From Bilabrum cf. latius (taxonomy: Eukaryota), in NCBI GenBank assembly GCA_965178125.1, contig OZ237745.1, forward strand, positions 186,001 to 250,000: a DNA stretch of 64,000 nt, in the 5' to 3' direction. Under the pieces are notes generated by a model. The model searched no databases. It was not told the origin of the DNA and saw only the letters and a program-made list of their open reading frames with translations. Shown piece by piece: positions 20,814 to 32,497 of the stretch. The translations under genes and the position numbers were made by a program. The stretch's first letter is position 1; each line of letters starts with the position of its first letter.

Positions 20814-23146
20814 TCAGTCTGTCTTGGACTCATCGAGTCCGCCGAACCCCGCGTCAATCCGCACGCGCCGCCCGCTCTCTGCTAGCTTAGCTGCCTCTGC
20901 CGGCATCTCGCCGTATGGGTCTGCGGCGCGAATCGGCTCGGCAGCTGCTGCGGAGCCCAAAGCAGCGGCCGCACCAGCCCCAGCCCCCCCGGCTGCCGCC
21001 CCGGCCGCGGACTCCGACACGACCTCCCCGATGCCCCTGGGCCTGGGAAACATGTTCACCTTGCCCTCCTCCGGCACGGGCACGTCCGCGTGCGGGCACC
21101 TCCTCCGCGTGAACACGTCGGCATCGTCGATGATGAATCGACGGCCCATGACCGTCGTGACCTGGCCAGGGGTGAAGTCAGCCGCCTCGTAGAAGGACGA
21201 GTCTTCCTTGCGGTACCGGCTGCGCACCAGGAACTTGCCACCACCCATGCCCGAGTTGCGCACCACCGGCTCGAAGATGGCCAGAGTGTCGTCCTCGGGG
21301 TAGAGGGAGATCGTGAAGCGGCGGATCGAGTCTTCCCTGGAGCTGTCTGCGAACCTTCCCTTGAACTTAAACACCACGCCCGTATTGTCGGCCCACTTGT
21401 CGTACTTCTTCTTGGGCTTCTGCGGCTTGAAGGACAGCACACTCTGCATCGAGTCCTGCTCGTCGCCGAAGCCCGTGTGCGGGGGGATCTTCAGAGGGAC
21501 CCTCCTAGTGGGTGCCTCTGCCTTGTACTGCGCGGCGGGCTGCTCGAAGGGTCCTTGTTCCCTGTACCACGTCCGCGTGGCCCGGTCGCAGGCTCGCAGC
21601 TTCAGGTCGCGGCCGTACACGTTCACGGTCCCGCCGATCCTGAGATCAGAGGGGCGGACGCACTCTGCGTCGGTGTTCTCGTCTGCGTCCATCCCGGGGA
21701 TCTGGCGAGAGCGCTGCCAGTTGCGCGGCAGCGGACCGCGTTTGACCAGCCATGGGGTGCGGTCCCTGCCGTCGTTCTGGGGGTGCACCTCTGCGACATC
21801 TACGGTGTCGTCTTCCAGGTGGTACTGCAGCACGTACTGCATGGTGTCGCCGTGAAGCCGCCTGTCTTCCCACACGGCGTCGAAGCGCAGCAGCTGGCCA
21901 TGGAATGCCTGCCACTTGCCCCTGTGCGCCGGGTCCCTGGTAAACTTGCCCAGCTTTGCCTCCATGTACGTCTTCTCCGCGTACCTCTGCTTCTTGTGAC
22001 CTCCCGGCCTCGTTGTCTTTGGGTTGAGGGTCGTGGCCCTCTCCACGTCCAGCCGGTGCTGGTAGTCGTCCACGGGCACCTCCTCCGCGGGGTCCTGCTC
22101 GATCCCCTGCAGGGCGTACCACCTGCGCGTGTAGGGGTCGGCGTCGTAGATCCTGTACGTCCTGCCGTAGAGCTGCAGGTCGCAGCCAACGAGCATGTCC
22201 CTCCAGTCGAAGAACTCCCTCGTGCCGTCCTCGTTCGTCCGCTTCACGATCTTGTGCCGCTTCAAGAAGAGGCCCTGCGGCAGTCCCGAGTTGTCGATCT
22301 TGGGTTCTTTGATCTCCATCGTGCTGTCGGTGGTGTACAGCAGGATCTCCACCTTTCGGACCCTGGTGGCCTCGATGGGCGACTCTGGCACGTTCTCTTT
22401 GGTGTACGCCATCACGCGGATCACCTCCTTCTCCGTTAGGATGTCATGGGGCACCTGCGGTGGAATGCTCGCCATTTTGGAGCGCAGCGTGGCCCCGATC
22501 TCCTCCGCTTCCGTGGCAGGGGGCCGCGTGCCGGCGGTGGTGCCGAGGGCCGCGGCGCCGGCACTGGCTAGGGGAGAATCGCGCCCCCTGCGCGTGGTTG
22601 TCCGGCCGAACCTGCGAGATGCTACTTCAAGAGCGGCTGAATCCCCACCGGAGCCCGTCATTGGCTCGACGCCGGCTGCTCGCATGGCTTTGGTGCGATA
22701 AATCTCCTCCCGGTCCGCCGCAGTCATCTTGTGGTGGGCAGTGGCGCGCTTTACCATCTGCGAAGGCAAATGAGAGCAAACCTCCAAAACGATGGCAGAT
22801 ATAATTCGTAATCCGGGCAAACGTTGATGTACAGAGGGCGAACTGATTTGCCCGCGCGAGTGCAGTTCAATTCTCAACAATGCCCAACTCTACCATGTTC
22901 TGATACGCCCCTCACGTTCTATAAGTATTCATCCTCTTGATCTTTTGCAAACCCTCCTCCTTTCTCCCGGATGACGCCAAATGTGTCTCTCGAGAAGGTC
23001 TGAGGTCTAGGCTTCGCTGTGAACACATTCTGCACGTACCCAGGGAGGTTTGGAACGGCTCCACCCAGTGGCGAGGGGGAGATAATTCCTGCAGGCACCT
23101 GTGGTACCCGAGTCGTGGTAGTGCTCCGTCCCAAATCAACTGCCAT
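20814..23146 (-). CDS. EFHC1/EFHC2/Rib72-family axonemal protein with three DM10 domains, ~724 aa
   Basis: Exons 23146-22916 and 22757-20814, one TAG (22921-22919), TGA end. N-terminal VPNLPGY motif. DM10 repeats: ILLYTTDSTMEIKEPKIDNSGLPQGLFLKRHKI, LQYHLEDDTVDVAEVHPQNDGRD, ISLYPEDDTLAIFEPVVRNSGMGGGKFL. No EF-hand seen. Confidence 0.92.
22758..22915 (-). other. spliceosomal intron (158 nt, phase 0)
   Basis: GTGAGG...CCTTCGCAG. Joins the LPGY-motif exon to the DM10 exon. Confidence 0.75.
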
Positions 23147-23332
23147 GGAACACAATCGTGCAGTCGATCTGCTCGGCCAGTTCGCGAACGGACACAATCC
23201 GCGGTCGCAACCATTTTTGCGACCAACCATCGGTGCTGAGGTCGCATACTGCTGCAGACTCCAACCGTGCACACATTGCGTATTTGTGTCCGCATGCCGA
23301 TCTCTGTAACTTGATCTGGAATATTATAGGAC
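23147..23332. promoter_or_regulatory. putative bidirectional promoter between the EFHC gene and the channel gene
   Basis: 186-nt spacer between divergent ATGs. Inferred from geometry. Confidence 0.45.
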
Positions 23333-26300
23333 ATGTCGGCAACAGTAGCCCCAGCAAGTGGGTCTGAGGCGATCGATGCCATGCGCCAGTAGAAGCAATC
23401 TGAAGATGCCGTCCAGAAGGAAGCTGAACACGTCAAGCTGCTGAAGCGCCTTGGATTATCGCTATGGAATGTTGATTAGGCAGTTAAATCGCGGCGCGAG
23501 GCGAATGGCCACGCAGAAGCAGGTTTCTTGCTGGATGGAACGGTGCCACCGGAACTGGGTGCGGCAGCTAGGCCATACTAGTAGAAGCCTGTGGCCCCCC
23601 ATCACCGTCGAGCCAGTGTCGGAACATAGGCTTTATAGAATGGACCTGCTTCAGCTCCGCACGATGACGGCAGTGTAATAGCTCCGAGACAGACGAGGGA
23701 TGGCAGAGATGCGGATTGTCTCGACGACTGCTTGCTTCACACCTGCTCGTGCGCCTTACAGAGCTCCACAATGTGCTGCTGCTGCTGCAGTCCGTGCTGT
23801 GGCAATCTTTGGAAGAGGGAGTGGGTGATTCACCCCGAACGCCGACGAACGTGGGACGTGCTAACGCTACTGCTCGTGGTGTATACCGCGCTGTGGATTC
23901 CGTTCGTGGTAGCGTTTGCGCCTCGCGTACCGAGCGGTACCATCCTCCTTGATATTGCCGTAGATCTGCTATTCATGAGCGACATTGTGCTGAACATGTT
24001 CACCGCGTTCCAGGACAAGCGCACTCGAGCGCTGGTTACAGATCGAAGGCTGATTGCTCGGCAGTACCTGCTCGGCTGGTTCGTCGTGGATTTTGTGAGT
24101 GCCATTCCTCTAGATCTTATCTTGTTGGCAATATCGCCCATCGATACCGCGACCGCGCTGTCCCAGGGTGAGGCGGACTCGTCGGACGCAGCGAGCGAGC
24201 AGCTGCAGCTCTTCTAGCTGCTTAAGGTGGTCCGACTGGCAAGGCTGCATCGCATCGTCTCGGCGGTGTCTGGCGTACGATTTATCAACGTTGTATCCAT
24301 CGTACGGCTGTACGGCGCGATTTTGCTGATCGCCCACTGGGGTGCGTGCGTGTGGTACGCCATCGCCGTGGCTCAGAAACCATCGAGGCAGGGCGTCACC
24401 TGGGCCAGGACCGCGCACATAGACGGGTGGCAAGGACTTTCTGAGGCCAGTCTGGGCAAGCAAGCCGGCGCTTGGCTCGCCACTGGCGAGGGCTGGGCAG
24501 ACGTGACGCAGACGAACCGAGCATCGCTCGGGCTGCAGGCTTGGCGGGCCAACGACCAGTTCATGCGAGCGAGGTATCCTGAGCAGTACAACTCACCCAC
24601 TGGGGAAAATGAAGACCGGCGAAGACTGGAACGAGAGGTAAGGCAGGGGTTTTCGGGGCGAGGACCGGCAGTCCCCGAGGTTTAGGGATTGCCCCGCTAG
24701 CCCGCATCCCTCCATCCGGCGCGTGGGCACAGCCGTGGCTCGTCAGTTCGTGTGGCTCAAACTGAGCTCAAGGATGCAAAGGACGCGTTATATGGCCGTA
24801 CCATGGACAGCAGTGTTGCACGGGCAGATTGGTCGCGAAGGCTGCAGACTAGCGGGGCGGAGCTTCCACCCGATGCTCTCGCGATCGCGGACGACGCCCT
24901 GCCTGACCTGGGGCTGCCCTCATCCATCAGTGAGGCGGCAGCAGCTGCGCCCAACCGCACCACGGGCCCTTTCTTTTTCCTGCCCAGGAGAATGCAGTTC
25001 GTGCGCGAGGGTGTCGGCCCCGAGGGCAGGTCCTCGGAGAGAAGCGTGTGGCACGACTACTCCGCCTCGATGCTGTCCGTGCTTCTAATGCTGTTCAGGA
25101 CACAGAGATTTCCATCCACCACTCTGGCTGAAATGTGGTTCTTGTACGTGATGGTGCTGCTGGGTGCCGCCATGCAGGCCACGTTCGTGGGTCAGCTTGC
25201 CTTCCTGATCAGCAGCTTCAACGAACGGCAGAGCCAGTTCGAGCGTGGCCACCAGCAGGTGAGACAGAGGATGCTGGACCACGGACTCCCAGAGTCTCTG
25301 CAGCAGCGCATCTCCGAGTATCTAGAGACGCAGTGGGACAAGAACGGCCTGGTGGTGGGCGAGAAGGACCCGGTGGCCTGGTCGCACACCCTGTCCGAGC
25401 CTCTCCGACAGGAGGTGCTCCTGTTCCTGTACAGGGATCTCATCACGTCGGTGCAGATGTTCAGGAACACGAGGGGTGACGTCATCTTGCAGATCCTCAA
25501 CGCGCTGTCCACCGAATCCTTCTTGCCCGGCGAGTACATTAGTAAGGCGAACACCGTGGCAACCAGCATGTTCTTTATTCGGGACGGGACCGCCAACGTG
25601 GTGCTGGATCTGCCAGAGGAGGAGGAGAGGGCGCTCAAGGAACTGTGGCGGCAGAAGAAAAGGGCCAACCGTAGAAGGTGGCGAAGAAGCATCACGATCA
25701 CCGGCAAAATCGCGAGCTTGTCCACACACACGCGGGATGGTAGCAATGCTACCGCTGGTGGGAGGCGAAGAAACAGTTTCGGGATGCTGCCGTCCCCGGT
25801 GGCGGCTAGTCATTCTAGCAGGGCAGCATCCGGTTCCTCAGCTGCATCCCGAGCTGTGAATCTTCTCCGCTCCCTGAGCAAAGATTCGACCGGCTCCAAC
25901 GAGGGAAGCAACGCCGCCACTTCGAGCGCTAGAGATGAGGTCACGATGAGCGAGATGATGGGTGGCGGGGCAGATTCATCATCTCGGCAATCGCACGGCT
26001 CACCAAGGTCCAGCTCACAGCCATCACGAGGACGTTCTTCCTCGAAAATACAGGCTGCTCCAACAAGCAGGGTTCCGTTCGCTCTCCGGCAGGGCTCAGA
26101 CGGTGAAGGCAAGGGGTCGCCCAGCATGGGCTCTTCGTCTCGGTCCAAATCTGAGGGAGCGTTCAGGCAAAACTCCGAGGCAGACGGTCAATCTGCACGT
26201 TTGCTGCAGGTAGACCCGTCAGGCAGGGAATCCAAGGTGGCCAGCTTCGATGAGCGCTGGAACACGAGCGCAGACAGCCAGCTTGGGTCCGGCACAGCCA

Positions 26301-29300
26301 CCAGCGAGGGCATACTGAGGAGCAATGCAGAGCCCAAGAAATTGATCAGTCCCGTCGGGGCAATTTCGGGCGACCGGCGGTTCATGGATGGTCGCAAGAG
26401 TGTGGAGTCACTCCGGGCTGCTGGCATAGTGGCAGTCGATGTTAGTGGGGCTGGGCGTGCTAGTGGAGATAGAAAGCCACTTGCTGCGGAGTCTGCAGAG
26501 AGAGCGAGCGGTGGGTGGCTGGCCAACTTCTTCGGCGGGTGGGGAGCTGCATCATCTGCAGGGACCGGTACCCTTGAAGCCGGTGCGTCGGGCAGCGACC
26601 ACAAGCAACCTCCACGCGCGCGCAGGCACAACTCCAAGGACAGCACAGGTTCGAAAGACAGCTACCGCTCGGACGAGTCGGACTGGGAAGCAGACATGGG
26701 CTACTAGTGGATGCAGGGGCACGACAATCTGCTGCGGGCGTAGAATGGCAAGGTGTAGAAGATTGTCAAGACCATGCACCCAGGCGACCACGCAGGCGAG
26801 CTCTCTCTTCTCTTTCAGATGAAGCGCACTGCCACCATTGTTGCCTCAACCTACACCACGGTTTCGACATTGCTTGCTGAGGACTTCATCGACATCGTGG
26901 ACAGCAACGCGGATTTTGCCGCATCGCTGGTGCAGGAGTTTGGCACGTACTTGCAGAAGATTATCAAGCAAGCAGGCGCAGACGTGGACGGTACCGGCAG
27001 CGAAGCCACGGGGTCTGACTCCGAGCTGGACGAGGAGGGGCGGGCGGATACGACTGGCACAGGTGTGGCGTCATTACGGGCATCCGGGAGGAAGAATCGC
27101 CGTGCCAGTGCGTCGAACCATGCCATTGTGGCTGGAGAAGACATGGCTGCAGTGATTGCGGCCGCCACAAACCGCATGAATGGAGGCGGCTCCGATGGCG
27201 GCAGCTCCTTTGACTCCTAGGAGGAGAGTTCAGAGTACACGGATGACACAGGGTCCGGAAGCGAGTACTACGATGAGTTCGATGGGGAAGAAAGGGGCTA
27301 GGGCAAGCGCAGTGGTGGCAGCGGCGAGATGCACCCGCCCCCGCCGCCGCCACCGTCCATGGGAGCATGGGGTGCTCTGCTGCAGGGGATGGGCTCCAGG
27401 CAGGCCCTGGCGGAGAGCTCGGACCAGATATCTGGGGGTTCGGGCATGATTGGAATTGCAGATGATGACGCTGAGGTGGTGCATGAGTCCGGCGGAAGCT
27501 CTTCGGGCAGCGCAAGGGACGCTGCGCACTCCCCGTCTCCTGACGCGCGCGGAGTGCCGGCCCGTCCCGGCAAGGGCAAGCCTTCTTCGTCCTCTGGCAG
27601 CAGGAAGCACGGGTCGAGCGGCTCGCGCCGATTATCTGAAATGCTAGCAGGTGGGAGCGAAGGGAATGCAGGCATCGGGATGGGCAAGGGGGGCGTGCAC
27701 AGGGCAACCTCGCTGTGGAGCAGACTGAGGAAGAAGGTCATCGAGGAGCCCAGCGGCATCTCAGCTCGAGGACCGTCCACGATGATGCCGGGGTTCGCGG
27801 ATGTGGCCGCATCGGTGGTCAAGTCGCAGCGGGTTGCCAAAAAATCCAACTCGGCAGCGTCCATCATGAGGCGGCTTAGCATGCCCGGCGTGGGTGCGCA
27901 TGGTGGCGGTGTGGCACGGTACATGGGCATGCTGCAGGTTGTGGCCTCCGAGGTTGGCAAGAACCAGCTGAGGGCCAGCAGGGCGGCGGGTCATAAGGGC
28001 AGGCGAGGTTAGTCCTCCTCTGGAAACCTCAAGAAGGTTATGACGGCCAGTGGCGATCTGCAAGGTAGTGGCACACACAGGCATCACAGCGACGGCTCTC
28101 ATAATGCTTCCACAAAGCATCGATCCGTTGGCTTGGTGCGCGCCCCCACGTCGCCAACACGGCTGGTGAGCCCGTCATCGGCCACTGGGATCGACGAGGC
28201 GGCATCGGGCGCGGGGACTGGCGCCGACCTAGGTTCCTACGGTGAGATGCCGTATCGTCGCGGAGACGGATCCGACGCGCTGTACGACGGAAGCGCGGGC
28301 GCTTTATCTCTGTGGAACAGAAAGAATGGCCGCAGGACCTCGACGGTGGACGACAAGCAGGCCAGGCGAGCGCTGGAGGCCGAGGCACGCAAGGCCGAGA
28401 GGAGGTCAAGCTTCGCGGCTGCCACAGATTCGGCCCTGAAATTCGCTGGAAGCAACGGGATTCGAGCCATGCTGGGGCAGGAAGCCGCGGCGGGGAGCGG
28501 CGCAGAGTCGGCAGACCCAGAGAGGAGGCGTCGCCCGCCTCGTCGCAAGAAGCGCCGCAAGAGCCGGAGACAGTCCAAGGCGCAAGTAGCCAAGGCGCTC
28601 ATCCGCAGTCTCTCAAGGGACGTGAGTCGCGAGGATCCGACGAGTACCAGGAGCAGGAGGTCGAGCAAGACGCCCCGGGGGCACGACAGGGTCGCTTCCT
28701 TCTTTCATGACGACGAGGATCGCAAATCGGGGTCGGAGGTCGAGGAGAGCTCGGATGATCACACCGGGAGCGAGCGTGGGGGCGGCGGCCGGCGACGAAA
28801 GAGGTCTTCCAGTCGAGGCAGCGGCGTGTTTGTTCCTCAAGATCGGGTCATCCCCGTTGCCGGTCGCTCGCGATAGCGCCGTGCAAGCCGAGCGGCACCG
28901 CAAGGAGCAGTCCTGGGCCACACTGGGGCCCTGGGTGCACTCGGTGGGACAGATAGCGCCAGCATTTCCGGGCAGTCGTAGGGCGCCCGGGGAAGGGAGA
29001 GAAGAAGGTCCGGGTACGGCGGGAGGCATCGCCGCAGCAGCTCGGCGGGCGGGCGGGAGCCCGGCGGCATGAGTGGCAACGGTAGAGCGAGTCGCCAGCG
29101 GCGTCCGTCACGCGCGATGCCCGCAACCACCAAATCTGGCAAGGACGCGTTTGCAGGGCAGCTGAGCCTGGTGGAGAAGTTTGGATTCCGTGTGAGGCAG
29201 GATCTGCTCAGCAAAGTACTCAAGGGTGCAGATGCAGGAGGACAGCAGCAGCACGGTGGTGCCAGCAGGGGCGGGGACGGCAGGGCGAACGGAGCTGGGC

Positions 29301-32290
29301 ACAAGTCCGGCTTCTCTCTCGAGCCCGGTGCTGCCGTGCGCCGCGCCCGTCGCGCCAGCATCGACATGTCGTCGCCCAGCAGGGGAGGCGGAGGGCCTTT
29401 GGGCTTGAAATCCGGTGCCGGGAGCTTCGCCCGGACCCAGCGCCGCAACTCCGTAGGCTCTGTCGGCAGCGTAGGAGGGGGTGCGGGGCAGTCAGTTCGC
29501 CAGCGCCGCAACTCGGTCGGCTCTGTAGGCAGCACCGGCCGGGGGCATCTGCACCCATTCAGCCCGAGCGCTGCAACAGCTCCGCGGGCCAACAGCGACG
29601 ACATGGACGGCGAGCGTGCAGATGCCCACTCGAGGCACCGCCATCACTAGCAGCACGGAGGTCACGGAGGTCGGCGGCGCAGGCATCGGCGGGGCTCGAG
29701 CATCGGGGAGCAAATCCTGGAAAAGATGGGCGAGGGCCTGCAGCGAGGCGGCTCTAAGGCAGGGATGGGGCGCAGGGACTCGAGACACTCGACGAAATCG
29801 ACTGGCAGCTCCAGGCGAGATTCAGGGGAAAGGGAAAGGGAAAGAGACAGAGGTAGAGGCAGGACGAGGTCCTCGTCCCCGTCCAGCAACGGCACAAGTT
29901 CTGAAGCAGACCACGGTCGCAACCACAGCACCCGCGAGGGACACTCGAATGCTCGCCAGAGAGCCGCCGAGCTTCGAGTGCAGACAGAGCATCTGAGCTC
30001 CCCTCCCGCGCAGTCCCGAGTGCCCACATTCGTGGATGGAGGCAGCAGCCGACAGGACGAGGACGAGCATCGGAGCGACACGGATGGGGGAGGCAGGCAT
30101 GCCCCTGCTAGACCCAAGGCCAGGCCGGCCGTCCCTCCTCGGCCCAAGCGGCCCGACAAGCGCCGGCGAGACTCGTCCACCGTGCGAAGCCGCGCCCCGC
30201 GCACTCCATTCGCTGACGGGACCGGTGGTCCTAGCTTGGTGGAGTTGAACGATGACGGACTGGAAGTCGAGAGGCAGGGATCTTCATCTTCGTTTGCCCC
30301 CGGATCGGGCAATGACTATGGCGACGGCGGCAGCGCGGCAGCACGTGGCTCTCAGAGAAAGAGTCTGATCGGCGTGAAGCAGGAAGTGCGCGCGGTCTCT
30401 CTGTCGCAATCGCGGTGCGGTGCGCCCATCGGCACCCCGATGCAGGATGGCAGGTAGGGAGGGCTCGACGAGACCGCGCGTGCCGAAGAAACAACGGCAC
30501 GCGAGGTGCTGCTCAGTGACGGGTCCTCGGACGAAGCTGAAGGAGGCCTAGGGAACCAAGTCAACGGAGATGTCATCATGGATCGGAACCCAGCGAGACA
30601 GCGAGGGCTGGCCGCGGGAAGCAGTGCTGGTGCCGATGAAGCGGGCGGTGCCGTGCGCGTGGTGGACAATTCGGCTGATCTGGCGCTCGAATCATTCGGA
30701 GCCAGGGATCGGGCAGGGAGCAAGGGGCGCGGGAGGGATGGGGCCAGCTAGGACGGGAGCAACTCGGTGCACAGCAGCTCCATGGGCAGCCAGCTACGGC
30801 GAGTGGGCACCGGCGCCTCGTTGCGATCGGCAACCGGGCAATCCAGCAGGACTCTTCTGGCTACTCCCCGAGGTGCAACTGGGGGTGGTCACGGAAACAG
30901 TGGCGGCAGGAGCGACGGCCAGCTGGGTGCCATCGACGAGGACCGTGCTGCTGACGGGTCGCTGCCGCGGGCGCGCACCTCGTCGTCAAAGGACCGTAGC
31001 TATGGGACGGGGAGCAGCGGCGACAGCCGGAGCCCCCGGCACCTGCGGACGAAGCCATCCGATCAATCGATCCGCACGAACGGAAGCGGCAAGAGCAGGA
31101 GTCCCCGCGCCAGGGCCAGGGCAGGGAGCAAGGACGGGCAAATGCGGGCCGAATCGGTCCAATCTAGGAGCAGCGGCGGCAAGCGGCGCAGGCATGGGGA
31201 AAAGGACTCCGTGTTTGCGCTTGAGAGCGACCCGGTGGCTATCCAGCGCAGCTCGTCCGCCCCACGGAAGCGGCTGGTGATCCAAGGAGGACTTGTCGAC
31301 GAGCCCGGTGGCAAGCGCGGGCTCCGACGGACCTCCTCTGGCAGACAGGTGACGGAGCAGGCAAGCGCCGTCCGCTCTATCCGCTTTTCAGGGCGAGTGA
31401 GGGGGAGCACAGGCAACCGCGGTGCTGGAGGGGGGGTCGGAAGTGGGGGAGGCGGGGGTCGGTCTACGAGCAGTCCGCCGAAGCGGGCCAGCACGGGCGG
31501 GATCGGAGTCTCTGGGTCGTCGGTAGCGGCCTCTCCTGAGCGGCTCAGCGGCAAGGGTGTGGGCGGGATCGCCCAGCTGCTGAGCATGGTTGCAAATAGG
31601 CAGAGGGCGAGGAGGGGTAGGAGACGGGCCAGTGCCCAGCGAGAGGAAGACGAGCTGGACGAGGAGGTCGAGCAGGGTGCAGGCGGGGGCGCCTAGGGTG
31701 GCCTGCACCGCACCGCTAGCCTGGACAGGATGGTTATGGGGGGTTCAGGGAACAAGCGTAAAGCAGGAAAGGCGGGGTCTAGGTTTCGGGACAAGAGCGT
31801 TGCACTCGGCTCGATGCTCAAGGGCAGCAGCAGCAAGCGCCGCTCGCAGGGCGGCAACCCGGCAGCAGCAGGGGCTCTGCGGTCAGCGGCCAGCGCACTC
31901 CTTACCGTGAGAGCGATGAAGCGAGGGGCACAGAGCGCGCTACCGGTCGCAACCAAGCAGCCGTTCTTCCCTTTGGAAGAGGATGGTGTTTCTAGCTCGC
32001 CTGGGCCTGCGGACGGGGCGTTGGGGGGAGAAAGGGAAGTGGCTGCGGTGGTCCGTGCCGCGGTGCGCGATGCCATGCAGTCCGCAGTGCGAGGGCCTCT
32101 TGCCGCGCTTGTTAGGGAGGTGGTTAGGGAGGAAGTCAGGGCGGCTCTGGCAGGTGCGCTCAGGCGGCCCTCCGCCGGCAAGACCAGCACCGTGACGGTC
32201 GGGTCCGCGGGGTCGGCCGTCGGTGGTCCGGGCACCTCTGGCAGCAGCTGTCCTGCTGGTGGCGAGGGCAAGTCAGCGAGCCCGGGCTGA
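23333..32290 (+). CDS. Giant cyclic-nucleotide-binding-domain (KCNH/CNG/HCN-type) six-TM channel-like protein, ~2985 aa
   Basis: Single frame from ATG 23333 to TGA 32288-32290 with ~21 TAG. S1 WDVLTLLLVVYTALWIPF, S2 DLLFMSDIVLNMFTAF, IARQYLLGWFVVDFVSAIPLD, S4 LLKVVRLARLHRI, S5 LLIAHWGACVWY, C-linker LPESLQQRISEYL. CNBD halves: FLPGEYISKANTVATSMFFIRDG and PGDHAGELSLLFQMKRTATIVA. Confidence 0.9.
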
Positions 32291-32497
32291 CGCGGGGCTG
32301 CTGCTCCAACGGCACGATTAATTGTGGGATTATTCACGGCAAGTGACCCCTGATTTTGTGTTTTCTCGCCTCCTGCTTGGAGTCTGACCGAGTCACGAAC
32401 GCGCGAGGTCCGGAGGTCCAGCAAAACCGGGACTCCGAATTGATTCAGCTTTTGGGCGCCAATTGCATCATTCTCACGCGTATAGGCGAGAGCAGCG

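Noticed and set aside
21090-22439. Long opposite-strand or alternate-frame ORFs (also 4639-5781, 6863-7894, 32683-33843, 45700-46842, 48930-49886)
   Set aside because: These are shadows of real genes caused by high GC and biased codon use. They show no recognisable motifs.
22758-22880. N-terminus MLRIELHSRG... of the supplied 688-aa ORF
   Set aside because: It starts at a non-ATG codon and lies within a predicted intron. The upstream exon provides the family-type LPGY N-terminus.
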